A stretch of DNA of 63,681 nt, the filler included, from Guillardia theta CCMP2712 (taxonomy: Eukaryota > Protista > Cryptophyta), in assembly GCF_000315625.1 (NCBI RefSeq). It is 4 parts of 4 records of this genome, joined end to end, with 100 filler letters (N's around TTAATTAATTAA, not from the genome) between each part and the next. Parts side by side here need not be neighbours in the genome. Positions count along the whole stretch, not along the records: positions 1 to 27,990 come from NW_005434598.1; positions 28,091 to 58,433 come from NW_005434657.1; 2 more parts are not named here. One strand, given 5' to 3'. The notes beneath the pieces were generated by a model. It had not been told where the DNA came from. It was given only the letters and a program-made list of their open reading frames with translations, and did no database searches. Positions 24,757 through 37,754 of the stretch are shown in pieces (position 1 is the stretch's first letter; every line of letters begins with the position of its first letter). Position numbers and translations under genes: made by a program.

Positions 24757-27600
24757 TCATTCCCGTCTCAAGATGGTATCCACCGTCTCTATCAAGCTCT
24801 GCAGCTCCTGCCTGCTGCGATCAGGTGTCCCTTGACTCTCGCGCCCTCCCCTGGCGGATTCCGGGCTGACATCCCATGGCCTGCTGGGACTCGTCAGCTG
24901 GATGGCTCGCCAGCTTCCTGCCCCTCACCTCGAGCCCTCCAGCTTCAACGCTTCCGATGTATCCGCAGCTTCCTGCCAGACAACAAGGTGAGGAAGCGAG
25001 GAGAGCGTATGACATACCAAGCTTGCGATGCTGTCGTTGTCCAGCTCATGTATCTTCTTGCGAAGTGACTTGCGCATTTCATCCCAGTACTTGGCATGTT
25101 TCTCGTGGACTGCCAGGGTGTCGTAGAGGCTGGCGAGCTTGTGGGAAGTCACAGGAAGTGACGAGTCGTGGGAGAGGAGTGAAGTATTGGAGTAGAGAGT
25201 CTCCAGCCCTGAGACAAGTCAAGCAGGCAGCGAGCAGAGGTGAGTGAAATCACCTTCTTTGTCCTTTTGTTGTTTCAGCACTTCAATGGCTAGCTTCTCC
25301 GCCTTGAGTCGTGCGTCGGTCTCGAGCTGGAGACTCATTTCTAAGCTTGAAGCTCTTCCTGATGTCTCGTCGAGATCGGCTTGTAAGGACTTGACCCTGG
25401 ACCTCAGCTCCTCTTCCGTCTCTTCTTTGCTCATCAGCTCAATCTCCAACTTAGAAGTCTCTTGTCTCATCGAGCGGCATTCCATCTGCAGCTGCTCGTG
25501 CTTCTCTTGCAGCAGAGTCAAGCTCATCTCCTTGTCGTGTAACATCTTCGACACCCTTGCAAGATCCTCTCCGGTCTCAGACGTTCGTTCCTCCAATCGC
25601 GCTATAACTTCCTCCTTCCTCTTCACTTCCTTCACATGCCACTCTAGCTTTTCTGCCATGTCGCTGGTTTTGTTGAGAGAGGATGTCAACACCGCCACCT
25701 CAGTTTCTTTAGCCCGCAATTCTCTCATCAAGCTACCGATCGTTTCGTTGAGATCTGCTAACTCTTCCTCGTATCCTTGCCGCATCCTTTCCATGTTGTG
25801 AATGTACTCCATCTTGGTTTGTCGAGCTTCTTCTTCGTGTTTGCTTCTCAGATCTTGAATCTCCTTCAGGTGGGATTCTCTACACTCTTGTAAGACTTTG
25901 GCTGTATGTTTGGTTGTTTGCAGGGATATCAAATCTTTCAAGCAACGTCAGGAAAAATCAAAGACATCCATTCTCACTCTTTTCTCTCGAGAATTCCTCT
26001 TCAAACTCCTGGTTGACTCTCTTCAAGGCTTGATTCTCTGTCTGCAATCTTTCCACTTCGTTCTCCAAGTTCACTTGCAGTGAGTTAGCTCGGGCCTCGT
26101 TGATGCTCATGTTCTCCATCTGGACCCTGTTGATCCCATCAGCATGCATGTCAGCCTTGCAGTCGCCTGACCTATGCAGCACTCGAACGGCATTCTCCAA
26201 CTCTTCGTAATTGCTGGTGATGCTTTTGATCTGCTCCTTCAAATCTGAGTTCTCCTGCATTATCTCTGCCACTCTCTCCCCTCGCTCATCTGACTTTGCC
26301 TCTCTCTGCTCCTGTGAAACCTTCAGTCCCATGCATGAATCACCCCCAGCAGTGTCCCAGCAGTCATGGTTACCTCTAGCTTCAGCTCAAACCGCTGCAC
26401 GGTGAGTCGCAAACGCGAGAGCTCGGTGGCATCCTCGCTCTGCTTGGCTTTGCACTCCTCGAGCTCCTGCCTCTGACTCAAGAGAGACTCTTCACTGCAA
26501 GCACGCAAGACCTGCGAGGCCTTGAACTTCTCTACTTGAGCCTCTTTCACGTTCTCCCTCAGCTGCTCAATCGTGTTCATGCGATCCTCGGCGTCTCGTC
26601 TCATAGCAGCAATGAGCACAGCCTTGTCCTCCACGTTGTTTCGAAGCATCGCTTCTGTCTTCACCATACTATCAATGGTGTTCCTGTGCTCTGCAAGCAA
26701 TCCGCGATGAGCACCAAATAGGTAAGTAAAGTGCAACTCACCGTTTCGTGCTTGTTGGAGGAGGGTTTCAAGTTTCGCACATTTCACGTTATTCTTAGAG
26801 AGCTGCGGAGTAAGGTGGTTACGATCAGGTTTGTTTCAACACCTTTCGCCACCTTGGTTTGCATGTCCGAGAGTTTCCCTTTCAGACGAAAAATCTCAGA
26901 CTCGAGGTGATCATTCTTTTCTCCGCTCCTCCCTTCAACCTTTCTTGCAGTTGCAGTGCTAATGCAGAGGTCATCAACGTGCTGGAAGTCGAAAACTTGT
27001 GAGTTGGCAGGTACCGGTTGGTACTTGCGGAGGGTTTGATCTGATCTACTGATCTACGAAGAGACTCGAGCTGGGCTTGTAATGCTTTCTTCTCCGCCTC
27101 GTGCTCTCTGTAGATTCTCCGCAAGTCCTTGTCGATGGATTCCTGGAATGACGACGGTCAAAGCGAGGAGCCGAGACGAGGCTGATGACCTTGTACTGCT
27201 GCAGCTTGTCGGACGAACTCTTGCTCTCTCTCCTCTGATCCTCCAGCTGCGAGGAGAGCGAGAGGACCTGGTCCATCAGCAACGTGTTCTGAACCTCTTT
27301 CTGGGCCAGCTGGATGGTGTGGTAGTGCGAGGGCTGGTCGTCGGAGTTCGCTGGCCTCTCCGGGCTCTCGCACAGATTCTCCTCGGAGATCATCTTGCTG
27401 AAGCGCCAGGAGAGTGAGGGGGGCAGGGGAGACAGCAAGTCAGACCGTGAGGCGGCGGATGGAGGATGGCTTGCGTGCCATGCTCTTCCTACAGGTCGGT
27501 TGGAGGAGAGATCGGGAAGAGCATCGACGGAAGGAGATCCGAAGGAGATATGGAAGTTCTTGCTCGGCTTGTCATGACGGGGTTGAGGTGAACCTGACAT
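24757..27600 (-). CDS. Long coiled-coil protein (multi-exon), function unknown
   Basis: Successive E/K/L/Q-rich heptad exons (27046-27633, 26323-26787, 25958-26332, 25219-25941); last exon ends ...IETVDTILRRE* at 24757. Confidence 0.7.
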
Positions 27601-28034
27601 GCTTGCTTCTGCGTGCTCAGCGATGACACTCACTCACAGCTTGGCCCTTCCATCCTCCGCCTACCTCCTTCTCGCATCCCCCTGCTGAAAGGATTAAAGT
27701 TCTCATCGCCTGCACATCAGCATATGAGTCTCCTTCCCTGTTCCTCTCCTTCCCGTCTATCCCCCTCATCGCTCTCTCTCATGCTCGGACTCGCTCGCCC
27801 AATCCCTTCCTCCAATCCATCCCGATCCAGCTCTGTCCTGCTGTCTCCTTCTATCGCTTCCTTCTTTCTCATCTCCCCTCCCTCGCTCACTCTCTCCTTC
27901 CATCCTTCCATCTTTCCCTCGCTCCCCTCGCTCCCTCGCTCCGTCCCGTCCGTCCCTCGCTCCCGTCCGTCCGTCCGTCCGTCCCTCCCTNNNNNNNNNN
28001 NNNNNNNNNNNNNNNNNNNNNNNNNNNNNNNNNN

Positions 28035-28046
28035 TTAATTAATTAA
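28035..28046. other. Artificial scaffold linker TTAATTAATTAA inside N-runs (also 58478-58489, 61786-61797)
   Basis: Identical 12-mer with stops in all six frames, centred in N-runs three times. Confidence 0.9.
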
Positions 28047-28658
28047 NNNNNNNNNNNNNNNNNNNNNNNNNNNNNNNNNNNNNNNNNNNNTTCTTCGCAC
28101 TGATCTAACTTCATTGCAGATACGCTGAGGTACCTGGAAGTTTCAACCAGCTCGAGGCCTGCAGCGGTGATGATCTAACGATGAGGAGAAGGAGGGAGAG
28201 GAGAAGGAGAGGGAAGGAGCGGGAAATTGAGAGATAGAGGAGGGAGGGAGGAGGGAGGAGGAGGATCGAGGCTTATCTTCTTCTCAGGCGTATGCGAGAG
28301 TGACATTGTCACTAAGTCTTCTTCTCACCAGCTCGCTGCCGGTATAGCTATATCCCACTCCTTCTCCCTCTTGCTCCTCCCTGCCTCTCTTCCTCCCTGC
28401 CTACCTCCCCCTTTCTTTCCTTCCTTCTCCCTTCCTCTCCCTTGTTGTCTTGCTCACTTCTCTTTTTAGACTTTCGCGTGCTCGCACTAGCGTTGAGTAC
28501 CCTAGCGCTGCTGTTCTTTGCTTAACCTGCTCGATGAGAGTGGTGGAGGAAGACGAAGACGGGGGAAAGGAAGGAGAGGAAAAGCGTGCTCGAATCCAAG
28601 AACCTTGAAGGAGGAGGAGTAGAGGAGGAGGCAGGGGAGTAGAAGCAGGGTGTTATTT

Positions 28659-30840
28659 CTATTGTAGAATTTCTAAGACCTCGATCTCAAAGATAAGGTT
28701 GCTGTTGGGAGGTATTCCCCATGCTGAAAGATTGTAAATTAAAAAAGTAAGAACAAACTTTGCAACAAAAAAAGTTCCTCATCAGCCAATTTTACAGGAC
28801 AAACAACAAACAAGTCAAAGATACAACCGCAACATGTCAGACAACCAGTCAATCAGGCACGTCACACGGTAGGATGGCTAACAAGCAGCGAGTCATAGCA
28901 GCATCTCGAGCAAGATAAACATCGCAGCCCCACCTGGGAAGCCCGCGCTCTTGTACGCCTCCTCCGACGGGATCCAAAGTCTTCGTTTCTCCCCTTGCAG
29001 CATTCCGATGCATCCCTGCTCAACATTCAGCCCCAGCCCTCGTCTCTCTCCCGCCTACCTCGTCCCATCCTCTTATCACCCGCCCTCCTCCCGCGCTGAA
29101 CCGAAACGGCTTCTGTCCCGGGTCGCGCGTGTGCCAGAAGTGCTTGAGAGAGTCTCGTAGGAACCCTTGCGCATGCACCAGCACCTGGCTCCCTCTCTTG
29201 ACCCTCCTCCCGCTTCCTTCCTCCAGGATCATGTAGGTCGTCTTGAGCCCTTGGATCGACTGAACGCCAGTCTCCTCACTCTCCTCGTCCCACTCATCCT
29301 CGTACTCCTCGTCCTCCTCGTCATACTCGTCCTCGTCCTCGTCCTCGTCCTCTCCTACAAACATTCCGCAGTCGAAATTGAATTCAAATACACAGTCTTC
29401 ATCACAGAGGTCCTCCTCCTCCAGCCCTAGCGTCGCCTCCTCACCAGCCTTTGAGCGCATCCCGTCACTCCTCTGTCCTCCTGAGAGCTGCAGGTCGACC
29501 TCTACCTCTCCGTCACTCTGACAGCGGAAGCTGAACACTGCTTTCCTCACAGCGTCCACATCACTCACTTCTGCATCCCCTGCCTCCGCCACCCTGCCTG
29601 AAACCACCTCCCCTTCTCCAGCATCCTCCTCCTCCTCCTCCCCCTTGCTCGGACATTCCAGCGCTTTCTCCGGCACGAGCGCTTTCTTCATCTCCTGCAA
29701 GCAAGGGAACAAAGTGAGCAGGTCAACATTCAGCGGGTTTCTGCTGTCACTGACCTCAACGATCTTAGAAGCTCGCTGCTTCTCTTCTGCCCCGAGCCTC
29801 CGTTGGATGTAGCCCGGGAGGTTTGAGAACTCCATCAGAGGACGAACACGATCGGCAGGGCAGTGGGCCTCGACCTCTGCTCTTCGCTTCGCTGCGCTCT
29901 CTTGCACACAAGACACCAGCGGCCTAACACCTTCACCGTCTTGCAGCAAGTCGATGGGCCGTTGCTGCCACCCGTCCCTTGCCTCCATGAGCTGCTTGTA
30001 CACATCTGAGTCAGGCCTGACGAGCGAGCAGATGGCCTCCACTACGTCAGTGTGCCCGGTGCTCAGAGCCACATGCAGCACTGTCCCTCCGCCCTGCACG
30101 TCCCCACACAGCAGCGAATCCTTGAACCGCTCCTCCCATGCCGTTCCTTCCCGGAGCATCTCCCTCACGATACCTGAATGGCCTCGTTGTGCTGCTTTAT
30201 GCAAGGGAGTTTGCTGCTTGCTATTGGCCATGCAGTCGGCTCCCTCTTCGAGCAACATGCGAACGATCCCCACATGACCTTGAGCTGCTGCCTTGTGCAA
30301 TGGCGTCTCCCCATGGACGTCGACGGCGTTTACATTGGCCTGGAATGAGAGCATGACGCTGCAAATCTCTTCACTCCCCATGCTTGCTGCGACATGCAAT
30401 GGTGTTTGTTTCCTTAAATCTCTCTCTTCCAGGAGCTTTTTTCTCCAGTTTTCATTGTCACTTTCTTCCCTCCCGCCCTTTATACCGTACTCTAAGAGGC
30501 TGGTAACTACCTGTACATCCATATCCCTCACCGCCTGCATCAAACCAGCCACATTCCCAAGAGCAATCTCTCCTCCTCCTTGTGACATCATGGAGCGAGT
30601 GATGGCTCTCGACATATTGCCATCTCGCTCAACCTCTCCCCTCCCCTCCTCCCCGGCTTGATTTGAAAGCTGAGCCCGAGTTGCCAACGCCTTCGCAACC
30701 ACAGCTAGCGCTCCTGCTTTTCCCGACCCAGAGGCTGATCCTCGTCCTTGTCTTCCTCCCCTTCCTCCTCCTCCTCCTCCTCCTCCTCCTCCGGCGCCTG
30801 CTCGACCCCCTCCTCCCCCTCTCGCGTGATCCTCCGGCAT
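28659..30840 (-). CDS. Ankyrin-repeat protein fused to C-terminal FKBP-type peptidyl-prolyl isomerase
   Basis: Ankyrin repeats QTPLHVAA, GETPLHKAA, QTPLHKAA, GTVLHVAL; acidic tract; FKBP domain FWHTRDPGQKPFRF...VIRGWDE|GCIGMLQGEKRRLWIPSEEAYKSAGFP|AWGIPPNSNLIFEIEVLEILQ* (stop 28659-28661). Start uncertain. Confidence 0.88.
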
Positions 30841-31063
30841 GCCGCCCTAATACACCCTCATCCCCACTCATACCTACTATTGTCTGGATCGATGAGGCGG
30901 ACCTGGTTTCATGACTGATGAGTAAACGAAATCATCGTTCCGCTGCGCTATGCGAGGTAAGCGACGCAGCAAGTGCGGAGGAGTGCGTGGAAGTGTGGGG
31001 AGCAAGACAGAAGGGAGACGTGCTGGAGTAGATATGCTCATTGACACGAGAGACTCGGAAGCA

Positions 31064-32224
31064 ATGGTGATGTGGAGGTGCACGGGTTGACGAAGGGCGG
31101 AGAGGTTTGTTGCTCGCGCCATCCTTCTGGATTGCTTTGGCGAGGGTTGGCTTCAGGTTTTCATGCTGTGATGTGTTTGGCCGCAGGTGTGGTGTTGGGT
31201 CTTGCCTTCTGTCTGGGAAGTGCAGAGGCTTTTGTGACGGGCCCTGCCCTGTCCTTGAAAGGTCCTCACGCCCTCTCGGGAATGAAACCTGTCACGAGGT
31301 CCCATCCCGCCGCTGTGAGGATGGAGGCGGATGCAGACGCATTTGACGCCAAGAAATTTGCCGTCTCACTGGCCTTGGGCAGCGCCTTGCTCTTCTCTTC
31401 CGGGATGCCGATTCCCGCTTTTGCGCAGCAGGGTGGCTCATTCAAAGTTCTCAAGGGTGCCGCCTCCACTCAGGTCAGCTACTCCTAAGAGGATCGAGCG
31501 GTGATCAGCATGTTGGCAGGATTCAGGATCAAGGCGCACGATCACCAGAGGTGCCTTGCTCGAAGGAAGCAACTTTGATGGTCAGAACCTGCCGGGCATC
31601 AGCTTCCAGCAGGTGATCTCCTACAGGCACTGGCCAACGAACTCATGCCTCCTCTCCTTCAGAGCCTTTGCAGAGATTGCAGCTTCGTTGGAACCAACCT
31701 GAAAGGAGCATCCTTCTTTGATGGAGGTGAGTTTCTTATTCCTCATGTGCAACCCTCAACCCTCACGCTGCAGATCTGACCAACGCAAACATGGAGGGAG
31801 CTGATGTGTCCAACGTGAACTTCGAGTTGACATGCATGAAGGATGCGAACTTGAAGAACGCTATCGTCAACAATGTATGTTCATACATGACTTCATCTGA
31901 TCCTCATCTCAAGGGGTGATGGGGTATCGAACTTGATTCGAACCTGCCCTCTGCCGTTCTACCATCATTGTCTGACGTCGCTGACACTTGATCTTTCACA
32001 AAGGCGTACATTCAATCAACCACCAAGCTGGATGGCATCAACATCGAAGGAGCTGATTTCACTGACACCGAGCTGCGCAAGGACCAGCAGCGTATGATGA
32101 CAAGAACAAACCTGTTGCTCGTTGACATGTCATGCCAGGCTACCTCTGCAAGAGAGCTTCAGGCACGAACCCCAAGACTGGTGTCGACACCAAGGACAGT
32201 CTTCGATGCAGCATGCTTAAGTGA
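31064..32224 (+). CDS. Thylakoid-lumen pentapeptide-repeat protein (TL17/TL20.3-like)
   Basis: Signal peptide ...[11 protein letters not shown], transit peptide, second hydrophobic domain ending A-F-A. Pentapeptide repeats ([33 protein letters not shown]); C-terminus [23 protein letters not shown]. First exon/start uncertain (31064 or 31171). Confidence 0.88.
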
Positions 32225-32969
32225 GCGGCTCGTTGCGTTGTTGGATGAACAGCCTGTGTTCCCAACAAACACACTTTTGCATCAGATGACTTGTGCGCGT
32301 AATCCGATAAATCGCATTCATCTGCACCATCCATTCGCTCTGGTTTCTAACTCCTCGTGCGTTCTGGAATGCAATCCTTCTTCGCACCTACATTCCTTCT
32401 TGTCATTCCTTCACGGATCTGACCCCACATCATGCTGTCCGAACATTTCTCTGTTTCCTAAACACGCATCTCGCCTTCATTGACGACACTGCGAAGAACG
32501 ATCCTGTATAAGAATCACCTAATGATACTATAAAGAAAGGGGCTAAATGGGGGTAAGGGTAGTGTTACCTACACCACCCTACCGTATTATATAAGGTTTT
32601 CATACAGTAAAAAGGGGGGTAGAGGTCACAGAGTAGCCCACCCCCCCGTGTTGATTTGCGACCCTCTTGCATTGTGCCTCGTAATGGCCAGTCGCTGACC
32701 CTGCACTTTGCCTCCCCCTCCCCCTCCTTATCCTCCTGCTGCTCCTGCTGCTCCTGCTCCTGCTCCTCCTCCTCCTCCTGCTCCTGCTCCTGCTGCTCCT
32801 GCTCCTCCTCCTGCTCCTGCTCCTGCTCCTCCTCCTCCTCCTGCTCCTGCTGCTCCTGCTCCTGCTGCTCCTGCTCCTGCTCCTGCTGCTTCTCCTGCTT
32901 CTGCTTCTGCTCCTGCTCCTTATCCTCCTCCTCCTCCTCCTCCTCCTCCAAATACTACTCCAAATACTC

Positions 32970-33005
<36 letters not shown>

Positions 33006-33301
33006 CTTTGCTTTCATCTATTTCCACCTTTTGTGTTTTTGTTTCTCTGCTTCTGCTCCTGCTACTTTTCTTGTTTCGCTATTCGCTTCCCGTTTTAGTT
33101 CAATCGGCATCTTCAGTATCATGATGCGCTCCCTGCCTCTGTGACCTCCTTACTTACCCTCCTGTCCCTCTTCTTTTCAACTGTGACATCATATGCCCGC
33201 TTCCTCGACATCACACGTTCATGAAGCGAAGCGCTTCTGTCCTCCTCGCCTCCTTGCTCGTTACCCTGTCGTTGATCTGTGCGCCAGAACAGACGTTGCA
33301 A

Positions 33302-34212
33302 ATGTTTTCTCGAATCTTCGGAGTCTTCGTCGTGGCACTTTGCTGCTCTGATGTTGCGACTGCGTTTCAAAGCTCCAGCTCTGCTGTCATTCCAGGACTG
33401 CGGTCCACGAATGGTAAAGTTGTGATTTCTACTCTTATCTTGTCTTGACTTGAACCTCGCAGCTCGTATTTGCACCGAAAGATTAACTTCTCTGCGCATG
33501 GTAGTGACAAGTACTCCTTTCTGTGTTGCTAAGCATCAAGGTACAGTCTGCAAATGGTGACAAGAGCGACGAGATGATGAAATCTGTATGATTGGGTCTG
33601 TTCGATTATCGAGCTTGACACTGCTTTCAGGTGCTTCGCTCCCTTGAAGACGTCAAGGGAAGGGAAGGGTAGGAAGGCAGCTCGGAAAAGCGAGGTTCCT
33701 TATTTCTTCGCAGCTTCCGAGGAAAGGATGCTGACAAGGCCATTCGAGAGGTCAAAGAAGTTGCTGGAGTGAGTGAATGAGATTGAAATTGCAAAGGCAA
33801 ATGCCAGGAATATTTACATGAGGCAGGATGACTCGCAGTCAAGGAGGTTCCTAGGATCCAGAAGGCTCGCCAAGGCTGTTGAGGTGCAACTATTCCTGTC
33901 TGGCCTGAACCATGTCCTGAGTTCCTCTTGCGGCAAACAGGAGCAGGAGCTGTCATTCAAGAGCATGATCAATGGATTGAAGTCTGTGATGGGAAGGGTA
34001 AAGCTTCATGCTGTGGCGCTGGTTTGCTCAAAGTCTTCCAGGAGGGCTTCCGTGGAGCGGACGCTGAGAAGGCCATCCATGACCTGGAGGAGGCAGAGAA
34101 CAAGGTGAGCAAAGGATCGAATCTCGTTAAGTTTATCTCTAATCTTGCATTTTACAAGGCAATCGCTGAGGAGCAGGACGAGAAGAAACTCCTTGGATCC
34201 CGACGCCTGTAG
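33302..34212 (+). CDS. Unknown small plastid-targeted protein with two ~50-aa internal repeats (9 inferred exons)
   Basis: Spliced: MFSRIFGVFVVALCCSDVATA-FQSS...LRM|SANG...KSVLRSLEDVKGREGFRGKDADKAIREVKEVAG|DDSQSRRFLGSRRL...KSMINGLKSVMGR|EGFRGADAEKAIHDLEE...KKLLGSRRL*; all joins are GT-AG and in frame. Confidence 0.75.
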
Positions 34213-34504
34213 GGTTTGGCATGATCACCTGCACTACTCACGGGCAATGCTGCAGGTACAAGTTCACCAGGGCTGCCACCAAGACGGTTATGAGGCCTGT
34301 GAGCCGCAAGAACCACCCTGGAGAGAAGTACTTTCCTGGCCGTCGATGATCATAAGATTTCCCTATGAACATCTGTTTCATTGGCGGCGATCTTGCATAG
34401 AAAGCCTCGATGTTTCCAAAGTTCGCAGGAGTTTGATTTGTATCTGTTTGAATGGGCGGAAGCTATGTGGATGCCTTCAACAAATACAAAACCATAATCA
34501 GATG

Positions 34505-35636
34505 TCAAATGAGAATCTCAGAGGGGGAGGATGGAGGGGAGGAATGAGGGGGACAAACAAGTAGAGAGCAACTTGCAGGCAGTGGGGTCGGGGAGCTCGT
34601 GTGGACTGCGAAATAGAAAGGAAGGGATTGGGTAAACCAACAGGATCGTCTCTGAAGAAACTTCGATGTCGCCAGGCAAGACTCCTGCAGCATCATCCGC
34701 GGACGCCTCATTCTCATTATCCGAGTCAATCTTACGGAACCTAATCAACAGTCTTAGTTAGGGGTGGATAACACATCAACCATCAGCACAATGTCAAATG
34801 AACGGGAGAGCTTATCTCCCCGCGCAGCTTCCTTGCAACTTCCTGTGTTGTTCAGCACTTCAATGCGAATAGCATGATGATCGTTGTAGTCCAACCTCAG
34901 TCGACTTTCCAAAGACTTCAACCTTGTCTACAGACATGATGATGTCTCCTTCTTTGAGCACTCTGGACCTCCACGCTGCCCCCCCTGCCGCAGGAGCTTT
35001 TCACGGTTGCTTTCGTGCAGTACCAGCCAACCTTGTGTGATAGACTTGATGACAGAGCAACCCATCGTGTCATAGTCATACGACGTCTTCAGCACAACTC
35101 CGACGCCTGTCAGAATCCGTGATGTCATAGGCGGAGGAAGAAGATCCGAGCAACGCCTCACCCCCTGCTGGAAGTGCAGCCTACACAAGAGAGGACAGTC
35201 ACAGAGAATCACTTGAAACGTGCCATGTGACGTCACCATCTTAGTCGTGAGCTTGTGCCGTCCCCGCTGAGCGACGCAGCATGTCAGCTCCTGCCGCCCT
35301 ATGTCAGTCCTGCCGCTCTGATGCGATCCCTCCTCGACGATACTACGAAAGAGCAATCCCTCAAGCATGATCACTCTCCCTGATCATCTGTAGCATACCC
35401 TCCCGACCTCAAGAACTTATGAGGAGGAGTAATAATACGTCAGGGCATTAGGGACACGGGCGTTTGCTCATCCCTGTCTTGCAATGAAGGGCCCTTGCCT
35501 TTGAGACTGCTCTCCTCCTTTCTCCACTCTTCAGAGTATCCTCTTCCTTCTCCTGTCCTGAGACTATCGGTGATCCTCTTCCTTCTCCTCTCACCTGCCA
35601 GGCCTCTCCAACCTCTGACGACCATGACGAATCCAT
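34505..35636 (-). CDS. Possible small multi-exon gene, unknown product
   Basis: Coding-like fragments with GT-AG boundaries starting MDSSWSSEVGEAWQ; no motif recognised. Confidence 0.3.
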
Positions 35637-36206
35637 GTTTTTGACGTTCTGCTGAAAGGCCTAGTCAAGATCAAACTCTTTTTTTTAGTTCATGATAAAA
35701 AAAATGGTCGCGGGGCCCGCTGATTCAACTTGGCAACTCAAGAAGCGGCTGAGCCTCGGATGGGCAGTTGACGCAGCCCTGCTGATACGGTCAGCTGCAG
35801 TCCTTTCAGTCAGACGCCTGCCCTCCTGCCTGAGTTCCAATGGATCCAACTGTTTGACTGAATCACTAGAACTGCCGAACGGTTGAACGGCTCACTGTTT
35901 CTTCATCAACACTGCCGAGCGGATTTCGACAACTCGTCAGCTAGCAGACTGTAGGCTTCACCCCACCTACCCTGTAGAGGGTCTTGTCCTTGGTGGTTGC
36001 GGACATTCGAGGGTACGTTGCTTGCACCACTCATTGTCATTTTACTCCCACATGACTTTCACTGTCCTCAACACTACGAAGGATTAGTCGTACAGCCAAC
36101 GATGAAAGCTAGATGACTTCATGTTCCTCACTGATAAGGTCGAAGACATAAGAACATCAGTTTATCAAGAAACTGATTATGTACAGAAAACTACATCAAC
36201 AAACAT

Positions 36207-36800
36207 CTACGGAACGTATGGAGGGCATCCAGCTTGTGAGCGAGGGAAGACCCCGCCACGGAATTGTGCCACAGCACATCGTTGAAACTCAGGCCTCTTG
36301 GCGGCAGGTATAGGTGGCTCCACTTGATCGAAAGCAATCCTGATGCTTCCCTGCAGAGCATGGTTGACGTACCTGTGCTCTTTCGGCGGGTTGAGGAAAA
36401 CACTTCTCTCCTTGATCCGAGCTTGCAAAGAGGTTCCAAGCTCGTTCTTCCCAGGAATAGCTCCAGTGGGCAAGGTTGTCCTGCGAGACCTGGATGCCGT
36501 TGCAAACTGGAACCTTTTCGGAATCGTGATGCGGCCATCAAAGCATGATGAAGCAGGTCGAATCTGTGCCGGGTACACTGGAGATAGAGTGCCTAGAGAG
36601 GACGACGCGCTGCTCGAATAGGACCCACTAGAAGACAAGTTGGATCGAAGATACATCCTCCTTACAGCAAAAGAATCTTGGAGATTCTGTTCAGAATCTG
36701 ACATGTCTAGAGAATCTGTGTCTCTGGTGAAAACGTCGGAGAGACCAGTCGGAGAATAAATATGCTTGACTCCAGTCCTGAGCAGGCCAAGACAGACCAA
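36207..36800 (-). CDS. Low-complexity protein with TPX2-like microtubule-binding motif
   Basis: Open frame of 197 codons containing RITIPKRFQFATASRSR; true start uncertain (ATG at 36704 or an upstream exon). Confidence 0.5.
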   Translation of the reverse strand: MVCLGLLRTGVKHIYSPTGLSDVFTRDTDSLDMSDSEQNLQDSFAVRRMYLRSNLSSSGSYSSSASSSLGTLSPVYPAQIRPASSCFDGRITIPKRFQFATASRSRRTTLPTGAIPGKNELGTSLQARIKERSVFLNPPKEHRYVNHALQGSIRIAFDQVEPPIPAAKRPEFQRCAVAQFRGGVFPRSQAGCPPYVP

Positions 36801-37754
36801 AACAGCGAGCTTGGTTCAAGAATATCCTAATGTAGCTCAGCACAAGTCGTTCCTATCAGGACCTTCAGGCTCTCCTTCTACCTCAGCACCTCTCGTTTGT
36901 CTTGCTATTGCATGCGCCTTGCTACACGATCCTCGAACCCACCCTACCCCTCTGTCTATGCGAAATTTCCGTCACACCCCCACCCCCCAAAGACGTTTTA
37001 TCTCAAAATTGACTGCCATACTTAACCCCTTCTTTCAGATAACCCCTTCATCTCATACCCATTTTATACTGACAAGGGTGGGTGATTAAATCACCCCACC
37101 TTCCCTCACCCCGACAGGCGAAAGGACCCCACCCCACCCAACATCTCTGCGTGAAGAAGTGGAGCCTCCGTGTTCGAATCTCAGATACAATTTTATAATT
37201 TTATTAATGATCGGTACAAACTTGAATAAAACTATTATACATCTCTCGTTTCTGTTTGTTTGAGGATCACCCCACCCCCCACCTTTCCTGCTTTCAGCCC
37301 TCACCCCTACCATGATTCGACCCTAAACCAACTCCGTGTGATTCTTTCTATAGATATATATCTCATTATTGTAGCCATTTTGTGACGGCGCGCCCTCTTA
37401 CCATCTCTGTTAACCCCATCCCCACCCTACACTATTTCTATGCTCGCCCCATATGTTTTCATAGACACCTCCCTGCTTTTGGGAGGCCTCCACCCTCGGT
37501 TTGCCGACTGCAATAAAAATATAGGTATTATATAGTATCTCCAACAATAATGCATATAAAAACCATCTCTACGTATTATTAAAAAAAAACTGACTTTTAA
37601 AATTCACACGCCTTTGTGTTCAAAAACTGACTTTTAAAATTCACACGCCTTTTTGTGTTCAACACGCCGGCGGGCCCGGTGGACTTCAAGTTGCCGGGCG
37701 GCAGGAGCCCGGGGCTACCGGCCCGTGGCTAATAAACCCGCTTCGAATCCTATC

